Position numbers and translations under genes: made by a program. From an uncultured virus (IMG/VR IMGVR_UViG_3300027627_000004) (taxonomy: Duplodnaviria; Heunggongvirae; Uroviricota; Caudoviricetes), in the IMG/VR virus record IMGVR_UViG_3300027627_000004: 64,000 nucleotides of DNA, one strand, 5' to 3'. This document shows positions 17,183-27,160 of this stretch, piece by piece (position 1 is the stretch's first letter; every line of letters starts with the position of its first letter). The notes beneath the pieces are model-generated. The model was not told the DNA's origin. It made no database searches and saw nothing but the letters and a program-made list of their open reading frames with translations.

Positions 17183-19717
17183 ATGAGAAAACTAGAGGCA
17201 GAGTTGCTAAAGCTACAAGAAAAAGGGGAAGGTTCATTAGTTTCGGAGATCGAAGCTCTCATGCGTGTTAAAAGCCCGCCTAAGAACGTACCTGTGTCCC
17301 ACAAATTCTTGTCGCTTGCCGCAACAGAAATTCATAACCGGAATTTCGATATAGCTCATGATTTAATCGGAGCTGCTATTGAAATTCACCAATCGAGAGA
17401 ACCTGTCGAGTTAACTTCTACTGTCAAATATCAGTTAAATGAAGTTAAAGCTGATGATGTTCCATCGAGTGCCTTTAAAGTACCTTTACCTGATTTATCA
17501 GATAAAGACTTTTACGACGCACCAGAGGGAACCGTTTTAGCTTTTGCTGATGTTTTGATTAGTGCTGGTTATGTAAGACAGGCGAAAAAGTATGTAGAGG
17601 CTTTTAATAAGTATAAAATTAAGGAGAGTGAAATGGCGTTCGATAAAAAGCAGGCGTTACTTGATCTGCAAGCTGACTTTAAAAAACAAGGCAATTTAGC
17701 CATGGTTAAAGCAGCAGACGAGATGTTAAAAGATTTAGACGATGAAGACTTCACGGCTGAGAGCCAAGCTGCTGCTTATAAGGGTGAAGCCGCACTTTGT
17801 AAAGATGACTGTGTAAAGTCTGGTCTAATGAAAGCAGCTTACATGATGAAAGCGGCTGAAGAAATGGAACATGATGGTTTAGATGCTTCTGCTATGAAAG
17901 CGGAGGCTGAAAAATGTTACAAAGACGCCAAAGAACAAAAATCCGAAGCTAAAGAAGAAACCTTAGAACCTAAAGAATTAGATGGGGGAGATATGCTTAA
18001 AGAACAAAAACACGAATTTACTGCTTCTAAAAAACCTGTATTGTACGTTGAATCTGCAAGCGCGAAAGAATCGAAACTTCGCGGTGAAGCGGCTTTAGCT
18101 GCAACCAACGGCGAGTTGACTAAAGCCCGTGTATTACTCAAAAAAGTTGAAAATATGGAACGTGCCCGTTTAGTTGCTGCTTTAATTAAAGCAGGCGATT
18201 CTGATTTAGCTATGGAAGGTCTTAAAGAAGAAGAACCTGAATATAAAAAACCAGCCGAAGAACCAGCTCAAAAATTAGACGAAGAGGCTCATGAAAAAAT
18301 GGAGCACTCTGAAATGCCAGATTCTAAACTTTCGGTTGAAGAACCAAGCAAAGAGCCAGAAGTTCCCGCAGAGGAAGATATGGCTAAAGATCTTGAGAAA
18401 AAAGTTGAAAGCTCTGTGCGTCGCGGTCGGATGCGTGATGCAGTAGTGGCATTCACTACTCTTAACGAACTAGAGCAAGCAGTTGTTGCTGGCGTTAAAC
18501 TGTGTGGAAAAAATAGCCGTTTGAAAAAAGAAGGCTTAAAAGTTTGGACAGATGTTGCTCGTAGCCGCTTCAAAGCCGAAGCACTTTTGGCTGAACATGA
18601 AAAAGAAGATGAAGTTTTAGATAAAGCTATGGAAGGCATGGAAATGCTTGAAGACGAGAGCCAAGCTGCTAAAGCTTTGGATCTAGCTCTTGACGACATG
18701 GATGAAGCTAAAGCTGAAGAAATCACTAAAGAACTGATTACGCCTCCAGGTGGAGTGTCGGAAGACATGCATCATGCAGAGGAAATGCCAGAGGAGCATG
18801 AGATTCATGAATTAGCAGAAACTGAGGAAGAAGAAATGGAAGAACATGAAAAAGGAGCACTTGAATCTGAAGAAAGCGAAGCAATGCATTACGAAGTTCT
18901 GCAAAGCCTTGCTGAAATCAAAGAACTTGCTGTAAGCCGTGACGCTTTAGCATTTACTTTCTGGGAAGACGAAAACAGCAAAAACCCGTTCTACGTCATC
19001 CAAGCTGCTGGTAAACCAATCGGAGAAATTCATTTAGCAGATCAAGACAATGCTAATGAAATTCGCGCTTACTTCTGTGACGAGCAAAAATATACCAAAG
19101 CTCTTGCTCAAAGCGTAGAAAACACCACGCTGTATGAGATGCTTAAAGGCGTCCATGCACGGTTTTATGCCAATGCAGTTGACAATACCGACTATGCTAA
19201 ACGCATGAAAGATCAAGCAATTGCATCTGTTGGTGAAGTACGCAGTGAAAAACTGACGCAGCTTCGTCGTGATTTAACGGACGCCATGGTTACGGCTTCG
19301 GAAGCCTTGAACAAAGGTCTGTACGACAAACCAAACGCTCTTAAGTCTAGCTTTGTGAAAATCTTGTCGAGCTACGGCATCATGAATCCGGCTGTTGCTG
19401 TTGAAGCGGCTTTCAAAGAAAGCGGAGTTACCTTCTTCAATCAAGTAATGGACGGTGCAAATGAGTATCTAGAAATGCCTAAAGAAGCATTTGTACACGC
19501 TAAAAAAATGATTGCACAAGCGCAGAATGTTGCTTTCGCCCAAGCAAACAACTTCAGCGACATGCCAATCGGTCAGCGTTTAGCACAAAACAGCCTGCCT
19601 TTTGAATCTGTACCGGAACGCCAAGACGCTCCAGTAACCGCTTTTTCGCGTGATTACTCTGAGCAAATGCGTAAGGCAGACTATAAAGACCGCCTGAAAT
19701 TAGGTCGTAAATTCTAA
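17183..19717 (+). CDS. Putative prohead core/scaffold protein
   Basis: 844 aa, very E/K/A-rich coiled coil, short basic C-terminal tail after PVTA; strong terminator follows. Confidence 0.55.
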   Translation: MRKLEAELLKLQEKGEGSLVSEIEALMRVKSPPKNVPVSHKFLSLAATEIHNRNFDIAHDLIGAAIEIHQSREPVELTSTVKYQLNEVKADDVPSSAFKVPLPDLSDKDFYDAPEGTVLAFADVLISAGYVRQAKKYVEAFNKYKIKESEMAFDKKQALLDLQADFKKQGNLAMVKAADEMLKDLDDEDFTAESQAAAYKGEAALCKDDCVKSGLMKAAYMMKAAEEMEHDGLDASAMKAEAEKCYKDAKEQKSEAKEETLEPKELDGGDMLKEQKHEFTASKKPVLYVESASAKESKLRGEAALAATNGELTKARVLLKKVENMERARLVAALIKAGDSDLAMEGLKEEEPEYKKPAEEPAQKLDEEAHEKMEHSEMPDSKLSVEEPSKEPEVPAEEDMAKDLEKKVESSVRRGRMRDAVVAFTTLNELEQAVVAGVKLCGKNSRLKKEGLKVWTDVARSRFKAEALLAEHEKEDEVLDKAMEGMEMLEDESQAAKALDLALDDMDEAKAEEITKELITPPGGVSEDMHHAEEMPEEHEIHELAETEEEEMEEHEKGALESEESEAMHYEVLQSLAEIKELAVSRDALAFTFWEDENSKNPFYVIQAAGKPIGEIHLADQDNANEIRAYFCDEQKYTKALAQSVENTTLYEMLKGVHARFYANAVDNTDYAKRMKDQAIASVGEVRSEKLTQLRRDLTDAMVTASEALNKGLYDKPNALKSSFVKILSSYGIMNPAVAVEAAFKESGVTFFNQVMDGANEYLEMPKEAFVHAKKMIAQAQNVAFAQANNFSDMPIGQRLAQNSLPFESVPERQDAPVTAFSRDYSEQMRKADYKDRLKLGRKF

Positions 19718-19738
19718 GAATTAGTCATTGTTCTCTTA

Positions 19739-19770
19739 GCCCTCAGTCAGATTTTGACTGAGGGCTTTTT
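19739..19770 (+). terminator. Intrinsic terminator
   Basis: gccctcagtca-gattt-tgactgagggc-ttttt. Confidence 0.85.
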
Positions 19771-19789
19771 CTATCTAAGATTCACTACT

Positions 19790-20470
19790 ATGCGATTTTT
19801 TTATAAAATTATAGCTGCCGATCTCTATTCCGAAGCACAGTCTATGCTGCGAAAATACTTCAACGGCTTAGATCTTCCAGCACCAAGAATAAGAATTGTA
19901 GATAGGCTTACTGGTGGTTTTCTAGGTCGCTGCCGCTATAAAGTAGGTGATACTACAACGACGATTGAAATCCAAAAATCCATACTCAATCATGAACGTA
20001 CTAGAAAACGCACCCTTGCCCATGAGCTAGTACATCATGCTGATTTTATTTTAAACCTGTCTAAGTTAGACGGTTATAATTTAAAGGCTGTCAGACAGGC
20101 GTATAGAAAATATAAAGATGACGCACATGGTAATTTTTTTAAAGATTACTCTAAAAAAATAAACCAAATAGAAAATGATCCAACTTTTGTAAATGAAACA
20201 TCCGATGAATCAGATGTCATTGAGGCTACAAAAGAATATTTTATTCTTATTGCACCTAGTAAAATGGGCAGAGGACTAGGCTGGTCTTGGGCGGCAAGGA
20301 TATCCACGCAGCAAAAAAAGTTTATAGAATACTACACAACAAATAATCAGGCAAAACTGTTAAAAACTAAAGATCGTAGGTGGTTAGGAGGAGCAAAAAT
20401 AGGTAAAAGCTTCTCAATACCAATAGATAAAGAACGACAAGACGAATTAAAAAAAATGTATGAACAATAA
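19790..20470 (+). CDS. SprT-like zinc metalloprotease with putative head-targeting leader
   Basis: TLAHELVH, HGNFFK; starts MRFFYKIIAAD; AGATT at 19778. Confidence 0.85.
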   Translation: MRFFYKIIAADLYSEAQSMLRKYFNGLDLPAPRIRIVDRLTGGFLGRCRYKVGDTTTTIEIQKSILNHERTRKRTLAHELVHHADFILNLSKLDGYNLKAVRQAYRKYKDDAHGNFFKDYSKKINQIENDPTFVNETSDESDVIEATKEYFILIAPSKMGRGLGWSWAARISTQQKKFIEYYTTNNQAKLLKTKDRRWLGGAKIGKSFSIPIDKERQDELKKMYEQ

Positions 20471-20561
20471 AGTCTAAAGTTTTTTGTAAATCTGTCGATA
20501 AGCGAAGCATATATAGAACATTTAAGTTCTACTATTAACTACGCGAATTGATGGAGTATTT

Positions 20562-20729
20562 ATGATTGTCCTGTTATTACCGGTACTTGCGTTGGTCTTT
20601 GGTGGGTGCACAAAAAATGAAAAAAACAAAAGACTGAGTTTAGATAGTCTTCGCAGATGTAAAGTCTGCGAAGACTTTTCTCTATTCTATAAAATAAACG
20701 ATATAAACAACGATAAAAACCATCATTAA
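20562..20729 (+). CDS. Small lipoprotein-like peptide (55 aa)
   Basis: RBS ggag; MIVLLLPVLALVFGGC lipobox-like; contains hairpin agtcttcgcaga/tctgcgaagact. Confidence 0.4.
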   Translation: MIVLLLPVLALVFGGCTKNEKNKRLSLDSLRRCKVCEDFSLFYKINDINNDKNHH

Positions 20730-20875
20730 AAGACCTAAATCAAACATCAACAAATGTTATACGCCAATCATACCGCCTCCTTTTAAGTCAAAGTCATCCA
20801 GCCTCCTCACGTTTTAATGGGACGTAAAAATAAAATTAATTTTGATGTGTATTATTTAATCTAGGGTAGAAAAGG

Positions 20876-21574
20876 TCAGCTAATATCCGCTGCCGCAGGT
20901 AATGATTCAATGTTTCCGAGTAAATTCTTTCCGTCGTGCATTATCTCAATTACTGTAACTTTAGCACCTTCTTTAAGGGTTATTTCATCTTCCTCACCAG
21001 TTGCAATGTCCATATTAGCCCATGCCGTTCTTTTAAGATCTATACTAGCTTTAGGTATTAGAGCTTTAACAGTAATATATTTTGAACCTTGTCCCCAATG
21101 GCATTCTGATGCTTCTTCGTTCCATGAAAAATATTTACCAATTCCTTTATAACCTTCTAAGTACTTTCCTTTTTTCAAAGAGGACATAAACTTACGAACA
21201 TCATTAAGAGCAATACAACGGTAGCCTACTAACATACCCTCTTGAACTTCTGCTTTGTCATACCATTCATTTTCAAAACGATCCCATCGATCGTCTAACC
21301 ATTCCTCCGCTTTTGAAAACATTAATTTATTATATAAAGCCAAAAAATCTTTCTTCTTTGACATTTTTTCATATTCAGCTTCGTTAATACCTAAACTATC
21401 AATAAAATCATTATCGTTTATGCTACTTGAATGATTCATCCACTCTTTTACAAAGGATTTTTTTTGTACTATGCCTCTAAGCGCATCCAGAATTTCACCT
21501 GATGAGGATACTACCTCAATAATTTGATAAGAGGCTTGTACCCTTTGATGAAAGTTTTCTTTATATATTTTCAT
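20876..21574 (-). CDS. Putative ADP-ribosyltransferase-like (R-S-E) protein
   Basis: GYRCI, GKYFSW, EEDEITL motifs; leader ...QRVQAS; start reassigned to MKIYK. Confidence 0.5.
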   Translation of the reverse strand: MKIYKENFHQRVQASYQIIEVVSSSGEILDALRGIVQKKSFVKEWMNHSSSINDNDFIDSLGINEAEYEKMSKKKDFLALYNKLMFSKAEEWLDDRWDRFENEWYDKAEVQEGMLVGYRCIALNDVRKFMSSLKKGKYLEGYKGIGKYFSWNEEASECHWGQGSKYITVKALIPKASIDLKRTAWANMDIATGEEDEITLKEGAKVTVIEIMHDGKNLLGNIESLPAAADIS

Positions 21575-21579
21575 AATGC

Positions 21580-21984
21580 CTACTTTAATGCCATAGTGTT
21601 CAGTTTTGCACCGCACCTATGGCAGAAAAATACATCTCTACCTTTAAAGTGTGTTTTTAAATTCTCTTTAAAAAGAGCACCGCATTGTTGGCATTCACAG
21701 TCTTCCAGATTTTCAAGAGCCTTGGCTTTTTGTAGATCCTGTAAGTTTATTTCTTGAAGAAGTTTAGCCGGTTTTCCAGAAAAAGGAGAAAAACTGTCTA
21801 AGCCTAATTCCGCATAGTATTGCTTTTGTTCTTCCTCGTCCTCAAACAAGCCGTAACTGAACCCCGCATCTGGCGGCGGACCGCGATATAAATAAATTGG
21901 TCTGTATGGCTGATAGTCTACCGGCTTTTGGGTGTAGGGATAGTAGGAACTTCCTCCCCCGCCTAATCCCAATACTAACTTCAT
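21580..21984 (-). CDS. Hypothetical Zn-ribbon protein
   Basis: CQQCG...CHRCG; RBS aaggag; AGATT at 22029. Confidence 0.65.
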   Translation of the reverse strand: MKLVLGLGGGGSSYYPYTQKPVDYQPYRPIYLYRGPPPDAGFSYGLFEDEEEQKQYYAELGLDSFSPFSGKPAKLLQEINLQDLQKAKALENLEDCECQQCGALFKENLKTHFKGRDVFFCHRCGAKLNTMALK

Positions 21985-22237
21985 ATATTCTCCTTATTTT
22001 TTCTCAAAGGAAATTTTCAGCAATTATCAATCTAAATTGATTTCAATGTGAAAAGATATTACATATTATAATATCAATAAATCTAGGGGAGATATGGATG
22101 GCTAAGTTAACACAAAAACAGGTGAGTGTGATTTCACCTAACGGTGAAGCTTGGGGAAACTCTGTCTACCAGCGATTTTTTTAACTTTCAAAAACTGATC
22201 ATGCCTAAAAATGCATCGAGGGTATTGATATCATCCT

Positions 22238-22708
22238 TTAAAAACCGCCTTTAGGTCTACCTCTACTCCCGCGCCCACCGCCGAATCCTCCATCCCAATG
22301 ACTGTACGAATTTCTACTATTATCAATTGTTGCTGTTAGCAAATCCGTAGACAGAGTATTAAAAATTTCTAATTGTTCATTTGATAATTTAGATAATATT
22401 TGAGCAACATCTTCTAAATATTTTTTTGAACCAACAATACGTCTTAAAGTATCTACAAAGTAGCTGGCACTTATTTGACATTTTTTTAGTTTATCATAGT
22501 ATGCTGGATCAACTGCCATATGATTAAGTGCTATCTCTTGAGCCTCGTCAGGATCATAAAAGAATTGTAGTTCAAATTCTGTTGCTTCTTTTAATTTGTC
22601 CGCATCAAAATCGGCAGGCGTTTTATCATCACCGGCACCGCGCATAACAGGCTCATATATAGCCTGTATGCGCTTATCTAAATATTTTTTTGCCAGTTTA
22701 TTTATCAC
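22238..22708 (-). CDS. DUF5661-like phage protein
   Basis: KLKEATEFE...AQEIALNHM.VDPAYYDKL pattern; RIQA and ISA motifs. Confidence 0.6.
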   Translation of the reverse strand: MINKLAKKYLDKRIQAIYEPVMRGAGDDKTPADFDADKLKEATEFELQFFYDPDEAQEIALNHMAVDPAYYDKLKKCQISASYFVDTLRRIVGSKKYLEDVAQILSKLSNEQLEIFNTLSTDLLTATIDNSRNSYSHWDGGFGGGRGSRGRPKGGF

Positions 22709-23571
22709 TCTGCTTCCTGTAGATATAGATCGGATACCAAGTCGGAAAATGATTTTTTGTCCGTATAGTCAGATGATTTTTTGTCGGTGTAGTCAGAACC
22801 TAAAATGTATACTTGTGCAGCGATAGACCATTGACGCCAAGCATCTCTGTCCGCGTTAGAGGGGCAGGCTTTTAAAGGTGTATAGACACGACGATCATTT
22901 TCTTTAATCGAGGCTTCGATCATAGCTGAAATGCTTTTATGAGGCACTACACTACGCTGCCAAGCAAATTCAGAATCTGTCATGTCTAACAGGTCCTCGG
23001 TCAATGCAAAAAGTTCCTTACGCAGCCTTAGATCGCAGGTAGCTTCTGTCTCTGCTTTTACTTGTGCTGGAGGGTTAAGACCTGGAATGCTCCAAGAGCG
23101 ATCAAATGCAAAACTAACTTCAACGCCATCGCCTTCAGCTTTGGCTATTGTAAATTTAGTTTTATCCCCCTTACCTCCGGTGCTTGCCGAAGATGAAAAA
23201 TCACCTAAAGGAAATGCAGCGCCTTCAACGCCTTTTAACATAGCCTCGACTTTTTCTTTGGTTGCATTCCAAAGAGCAGCAGTGCCTTGATCAAATTGGC
23301 TGATTAAAGCTAAAAGGTGTGCGCTTGGATCTATAACAACTAGAGGCTTTTCTTGTTTAGCTTTTGGTTCGCTTACTGGTTCTTCGCCTACTGGATCAAT
23401 AGGTTCTTCATCACTAGTGTCTGCGGCTTCCGATTCTTTATCTGAAACTTTTATTTCTTGTATTGCAGTAATAGCTAAATGCTCGGCTGTTTCCTCGTCT
23501 AAATGTCCAGATTCAACCTTCTTACGCAGAAGTTGTATAAGTTGTTGAGCAGATGATGCAGTTATTGACAT
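22705..23571 (-). CDS. Hypothetical putative head protein
   Basis: 288-aa ORF starting MSITAS; AGATT at 23602; SDYTDKKS tandem duplication. Confidence 0.7.
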   Translation of the reverse strand: MSITASSAQQLIQLLRKKVESGHLDEETAEHLAITAIQEIKVSDKESEAADTSDEEPIDPVGEEPVSEPKAKQEKPLVVIDPSAHLLALISQFDQGTAALWNATKEKVEAMLKGVEGAAFPLGDFSSSASTGGKGDKTKFTIAKAEGDGVEVSFAFDRSWSIPGLNPPAQVKAETEATCDLRLRKELFALTEDLLDMTDSEFAWQRSVVPHKSISAMIEASIKENDRRVYTPLKACPSNADRDAWRQWSIAAQVYILGSDYTDKKSSDYTDKKSFSDLVSDLYLQEAE

Positions 23572-23810
23572 AATATCCCCTTTAAATGGCTAATATAAAA
23601 TAATCTTAAGCGTAATATTCTTCTACAATAATTAACTCTGCTGTACCACCATCATTACGCCCACCCAATCCTTCGTTTGCATCAGATATCCAGTTACAAA
23701 ATTGCATTCCTTGTTGTAGTATCAGATTTAACTTTCCAGAAGTCTTCCTTAATGTATTAAATCTGAGATTAAGTGATCTTATAGTGTACATTGATAAAAT
23801 AGGAATGATT

Positions 23811-24152
23811 ATGAATTTTTTGAAAAAAATAGAAGCGTATATAAAAAAACAGAATAAACCACATAAACCTGTAAAATTTAATAAGGTTAAAAACAAATCT
23901 TCTTTGGCTGTACGTGATGAAAAAAAACTCATGCAAACTAATTTTTTGCATTTACGTCGTGGTTTAGCTGCTTTAGAGGATGCATTAGAACAAGCAAGTC
24001 CTTTTGACTTTACAGATGTTTCTTGGCAAAAATTCTTTAAAGATGCCGCTCCTAAGATTTTAGTAGATATTCTTTGGGATTTAGGTCATGTGAAAGATGC
24101 GAAAGATAGAGCTTTACTTCTTCGCTTGTTTAAGTTGAGAATAAAAGGATAA
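23811..24152 (+). CDS. Hypothetical protein with leader, upstream of portal
   Basis: MNFLKKIEAY; AGATT at 23766. Confidence 0.65.
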   Translation: MNFLKKIEAYIKKQNKPHKPVKFNKVKNKSSLAVRDEKKLMQTNFLHLRRGLAALEDALEQASPFDFTDVSWQKFFKDAAPKILVDILWDLGHVKDAKDRALLLRLFKLRIKG

Positions 24153-24174
24153 CATCATTACCAGATAGGTTAGC

Positions 24175-25986
24175 ATGGGATATTTTGATTATAAAAAACC
24201 AGCACTTGGCTCCTATTTGGATCGGCGAAATCCGCCATACTTACAGGGTCAAAAAACTGTAGGTGATGTTAAAATACATGCAGGTGCTACATCTGCATCT
24301 GGTGATATGTATGCAGGTACGCGCTTTAATGCGGTTAAAGATCGTTTAGAAGAAGGTTCGGTACTAGAGGAGTGGATTCCTAGACAGCCTACAAACCTTC
24401 ATATGATGTTTCGCAAAATTTATTTACGTGACGCAATTTCTGGTACTGTAGTTGATATATTTTCAACCCTTCCATGGGGTAAAAATTGGGAGTTAATGGG
24501 GATTGATGATCCCAAAATCTTACAGATGTATAGTGACATGGTAGAGGCACTAGATATCTGGGGACAGTTACCGATGATTTGTCGTGAATTGCAAATTATT
24601 GGACGCAGTATAGGTTCCATGTCTTTTAATGAACGTGCGGGTTATTGGGATGGTTTAGTCGCAATTGATCCTGACCAAGCCATGATTGAGCCTGTCCCTT
24701 TATCTGGACATAAGCCTTTAATTGATGTGCTATCGTCACCAGCTTGGCGTAACTTCGGAACTAGCACTGATCCTAGAATTGTAGAATTAAAATCAAAAAT
24801 AAATCCTTCTACTATTGAATTAATTCAAAATCGTAGTGGTTATATTCCGTTAGATCCTTTTAATACCCTTTGGTTAGCCCGTCGTGTAAATCAGTATGAC
24901 CATATTGGTACGTCTATATTTACTCGTATATTACCTGCATGGGCGTATGAAACTGCTTTATGGAACGCAAGTCTCATCGGTGTTCGTCGTCGCAACAGAT
25001 CTCTGCTTTTAGTGACTGCTGGTATTGACGATGTATGGTTACCGACTGATGATGAAATTTCATCTCTTACCAATTTGTTTATGCAAGCCGATGAAGATCC
25101 TACAGGCGGTGTTGTAGGTATTAGAAATGGTATTGAAGTCTCAGAGGTAAGAGATCCGACTAGTATTTGGGGTATTAGTCAGGAATTTGATTTTTTATCT
25201 ACATTAAAGATGCGGGCTTTGGGTGTATCTGAAGCTTACTTAAGTGGTGAGACTAATGTATCTAACATGGAAGCCGCTAGAACGTCTTTAGGTAAACAAA
25301 TTTTAGCTTTTAAAGAACAGATCTTAAGCGACATTTTTTATAAGCAATTATTCCCTAATTTCGCTAGGATTCATAATTTCCAGAAAATAACTCAAGCAGA
25401 GTTAAATCATGGTATTAGAACGTCTGGTTATAGCAAGGCTTATATATCTGCAAAAGCCGCAATGGATATACCCCAAAGAGCACTTTTAATCCCTGAAATA
25501 TTGACTGAAGATACCTTACGTCCTGAAGGCGATCCTGCATATTTGGATATGCTAAATCAGCTAAAAGAATTTGGTTTGCCTATGCCTTTAAGAATTATAG
25601 CCTCTGCTGCAGGTTATGACTTAGATAAAGCAATGAGCATGATGCAGGAGGATGCAATACTTCGTAAGCGTTTGATTCAGCTAGGACTGGGTGGAAGCGA
25701 TGGAGGCGGTGGTTCAGAAGACTTGTTAAGCGGTGGTGGAGGTGGTGCGGCTGAAGAAAAACAAGCAGCGGGTCCTGGTGGTTCTATTGAGGATCAAGAA
25801 AATGCCAGTGCTGGTGGTGGCGGTATGCTTAAACCAAAATGGGCTGCTGCTAAAGCTATAGGCAAGATTGAACAAAATACATATAAAAATAAACATTTAA
25901 TAGATGCTCTTAGCAAGTTAGATCCAAAAATTATGGCAGAGTTAAAAGTACCTAATACTAGGGCTTTTACACCGTATAAGGACTAA
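24175..25986 (+). CDS. Portal protein
   Basis: FRKIYLRDAISGTVVDIFSTLPW, IGTSIFTRIL, KMRALGVSEAYLSGETN pattern typical of portals; Gly-rich C-terminal tail; 603 aa. Confidence 0.75.
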   Translation: MGYFDYKKPALGSYLDRRNPPYLQGQKTVGDVKIHAGATSASGDMYAGTRFNAVKDRLEEGSVLEEWIPRQPTNLHMMFRKIYLRDAISGTVVDIFSTLPWGKNWELMGIDDPKILQMYSDMVEALDIWGQLPMICRELQIIGRSIGSMSFNERAGYWDGLVAIDPDQAMIEPVPLSGHKPLIDVLSSPAWRNFGTSTDPRIVELKSKINPSTIELIQNRSGYIPLDPFNTLWLARRVNQYDHIGTSIFTRILPAWAYETALWNASLIGVRRRNRSLLLVTAGIDDVWLPTDDEISSLTNLFMQADEDPTGGVVGIRNGIEVSEVRDPTSIWGISQEFDFLSTLKMRALGVSEAYLSGETNVSNMEAARTSLGKQILAFKEQILSDIFYKQLFPNFARIHNFQKITQAELNHGIRTSGYSKAYISAKAAMDIPQRALLIPEILTEDTLRPEGDPAYLDMLNQLKEFGLPMPLRIIASAAGYDLDKAMSMMQEDAILRKRLIQLGLGGSDGGGGSEDLLSGGGGGAAEEKQAAGPGGSIEDQENASAGGGGMLKPKWAAAKAIGKIEQNTYKNKHLIDALSKLDPKIMAELKVPNTRAFTPYKD

Positions 25987-25996
25987 CCTAATTATA

Positions 25997-26046
25997 CATA
26001 GTTGTACCTTTAGATTAATATATAATCATCTAAAGGTACAACTATG
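25997..26046 (+). promoter_or_regulatory. 19-bp perfect hairpin sequestering the RBS and ATG, with the AGATT motif at its apex
   Basis: catagttgtacctttagat / atctaaaggtacaactatg, 12-nt loop. Confidence 0.75.
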
Positions 26047-27156
26047 TCATTTTTAGAAAAAGTAATTGCTAAGATGGATGTCCGCGAACAAATCGAGGAC
26101 GATCCTACCAAGACGGATCAAAAACCGGCTGATGAGCAAGTTACAGAAGACGATTCTCAAGGAATCGAAACAGGTAATGAGCATATTGATTACTCTATGC
26201 TTCGGAGCATGAAGCCTTATTTGTTGGTTGTCAGTGGTATAAAAAATCCATCCGATTTAATTCAATTTTTCAAAAAAACAAAAAATATAATTAATAATTC
26301 TAAATATGCTGTAAAGATCTATGGTTTGGATACTATTGATTCATCAGAAACTAGCCTTGAGAGTTTAGTTTACGCTTATTTTATATCTGAAAAATCTGTA
26401 GATGCCATTAAAAGTAAGTTAGAAAACTTGCCGCATGTTCTTGAAGATTTTACATCTAAAATAGATTCAGCTAGACCATTTGACGCGCTAAAAATACCGT
26501 CTGCTCTTAAACTTGGCGATCTTGAATTCCGGCTACGCCAAGAAATGCAAGATGTATATGAGGGAATAAGATCTGAATCGGATGAGGCTGTTTCGATGAC
26601 ATCTGCTGTGCAAATGGCAAGTGTAATCCCTTTAGACTATATGCGTTTTTTCAATACTCAAAATAAAACACATAATTTTTATATTGGTGGTCAACCTGAA
26701 GACGCAGGTAGGGAAGGATTAATATATGTAATTTGTGATTCTACCGAATCTAAATTATTTATTAAGACGATAAAAGACTTTTCTGCTTCGCCTAAGTTTT
26801 TCCAAGATATGTATTTTATACCGAATATCGATATTGGTTTTGACAGAGTTAAACCTAAATCCGTTGTAGTTGATAATTGTATTATTTTAGAAGGTAAAAA
26901 CAAATTTGATATTAATGATAAAGAAACTTTAGACTATTTAAAAAGTATAGTTGTACAGTTCAAGCCTACTACTGAATTTGGGAAAATAATTAAGGGTACT
27001 CATGTGCATGGCAATTTAGCTATGCATTTTAATCGAGACATGACGCAATGTATTTTATGGTGTGGCAGCAAACCAATTAATATAAAGCCAGAACAAATTG
27101 ATGAAATTAAAACAAAATTAGATTTGAAAAATCTAAATACAGATTTTAGCGGGTAA
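26044..27156 (+). CDS. Hypothetical putative head protein with leader
   Basis: MSFLEKVIAK, then acidic linker. Confidence 0.7.
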   Translation: MSFLEKVIAKMDVREQIEDDPTKTDQKPADEQVTEDDSQGIETGNEHIDYSMLRSMKPYLLVVSGIKNPSDLIQFFKKTKNIINNSKYAVKIYGLDTIDSSETSLESLVYAYFISEKSVDAIKSKLENLPHVLEDFTSKIDSARPFDALKIPSALKLGDLEFRLRQEMQDVYEGIRSESDEAVSMTSAVQMASVIPLDYMRFFNTQNKTHNFYIGGQPEDAGREGLIYVICDSTESKLFIKTIKDFSASPKFFQDMYFIPNIDIGFDRVKPKSVVVDNCIILEGKNKFDINDKETLDYLKSIVVQFKPTTEFGKIIKGTHVHGNLAMHFNRDMTQCILWCGSKPINIKPEQIDEIKTKLDLKNLNTDFSG

Positions 27157-27160
27157 AAGG

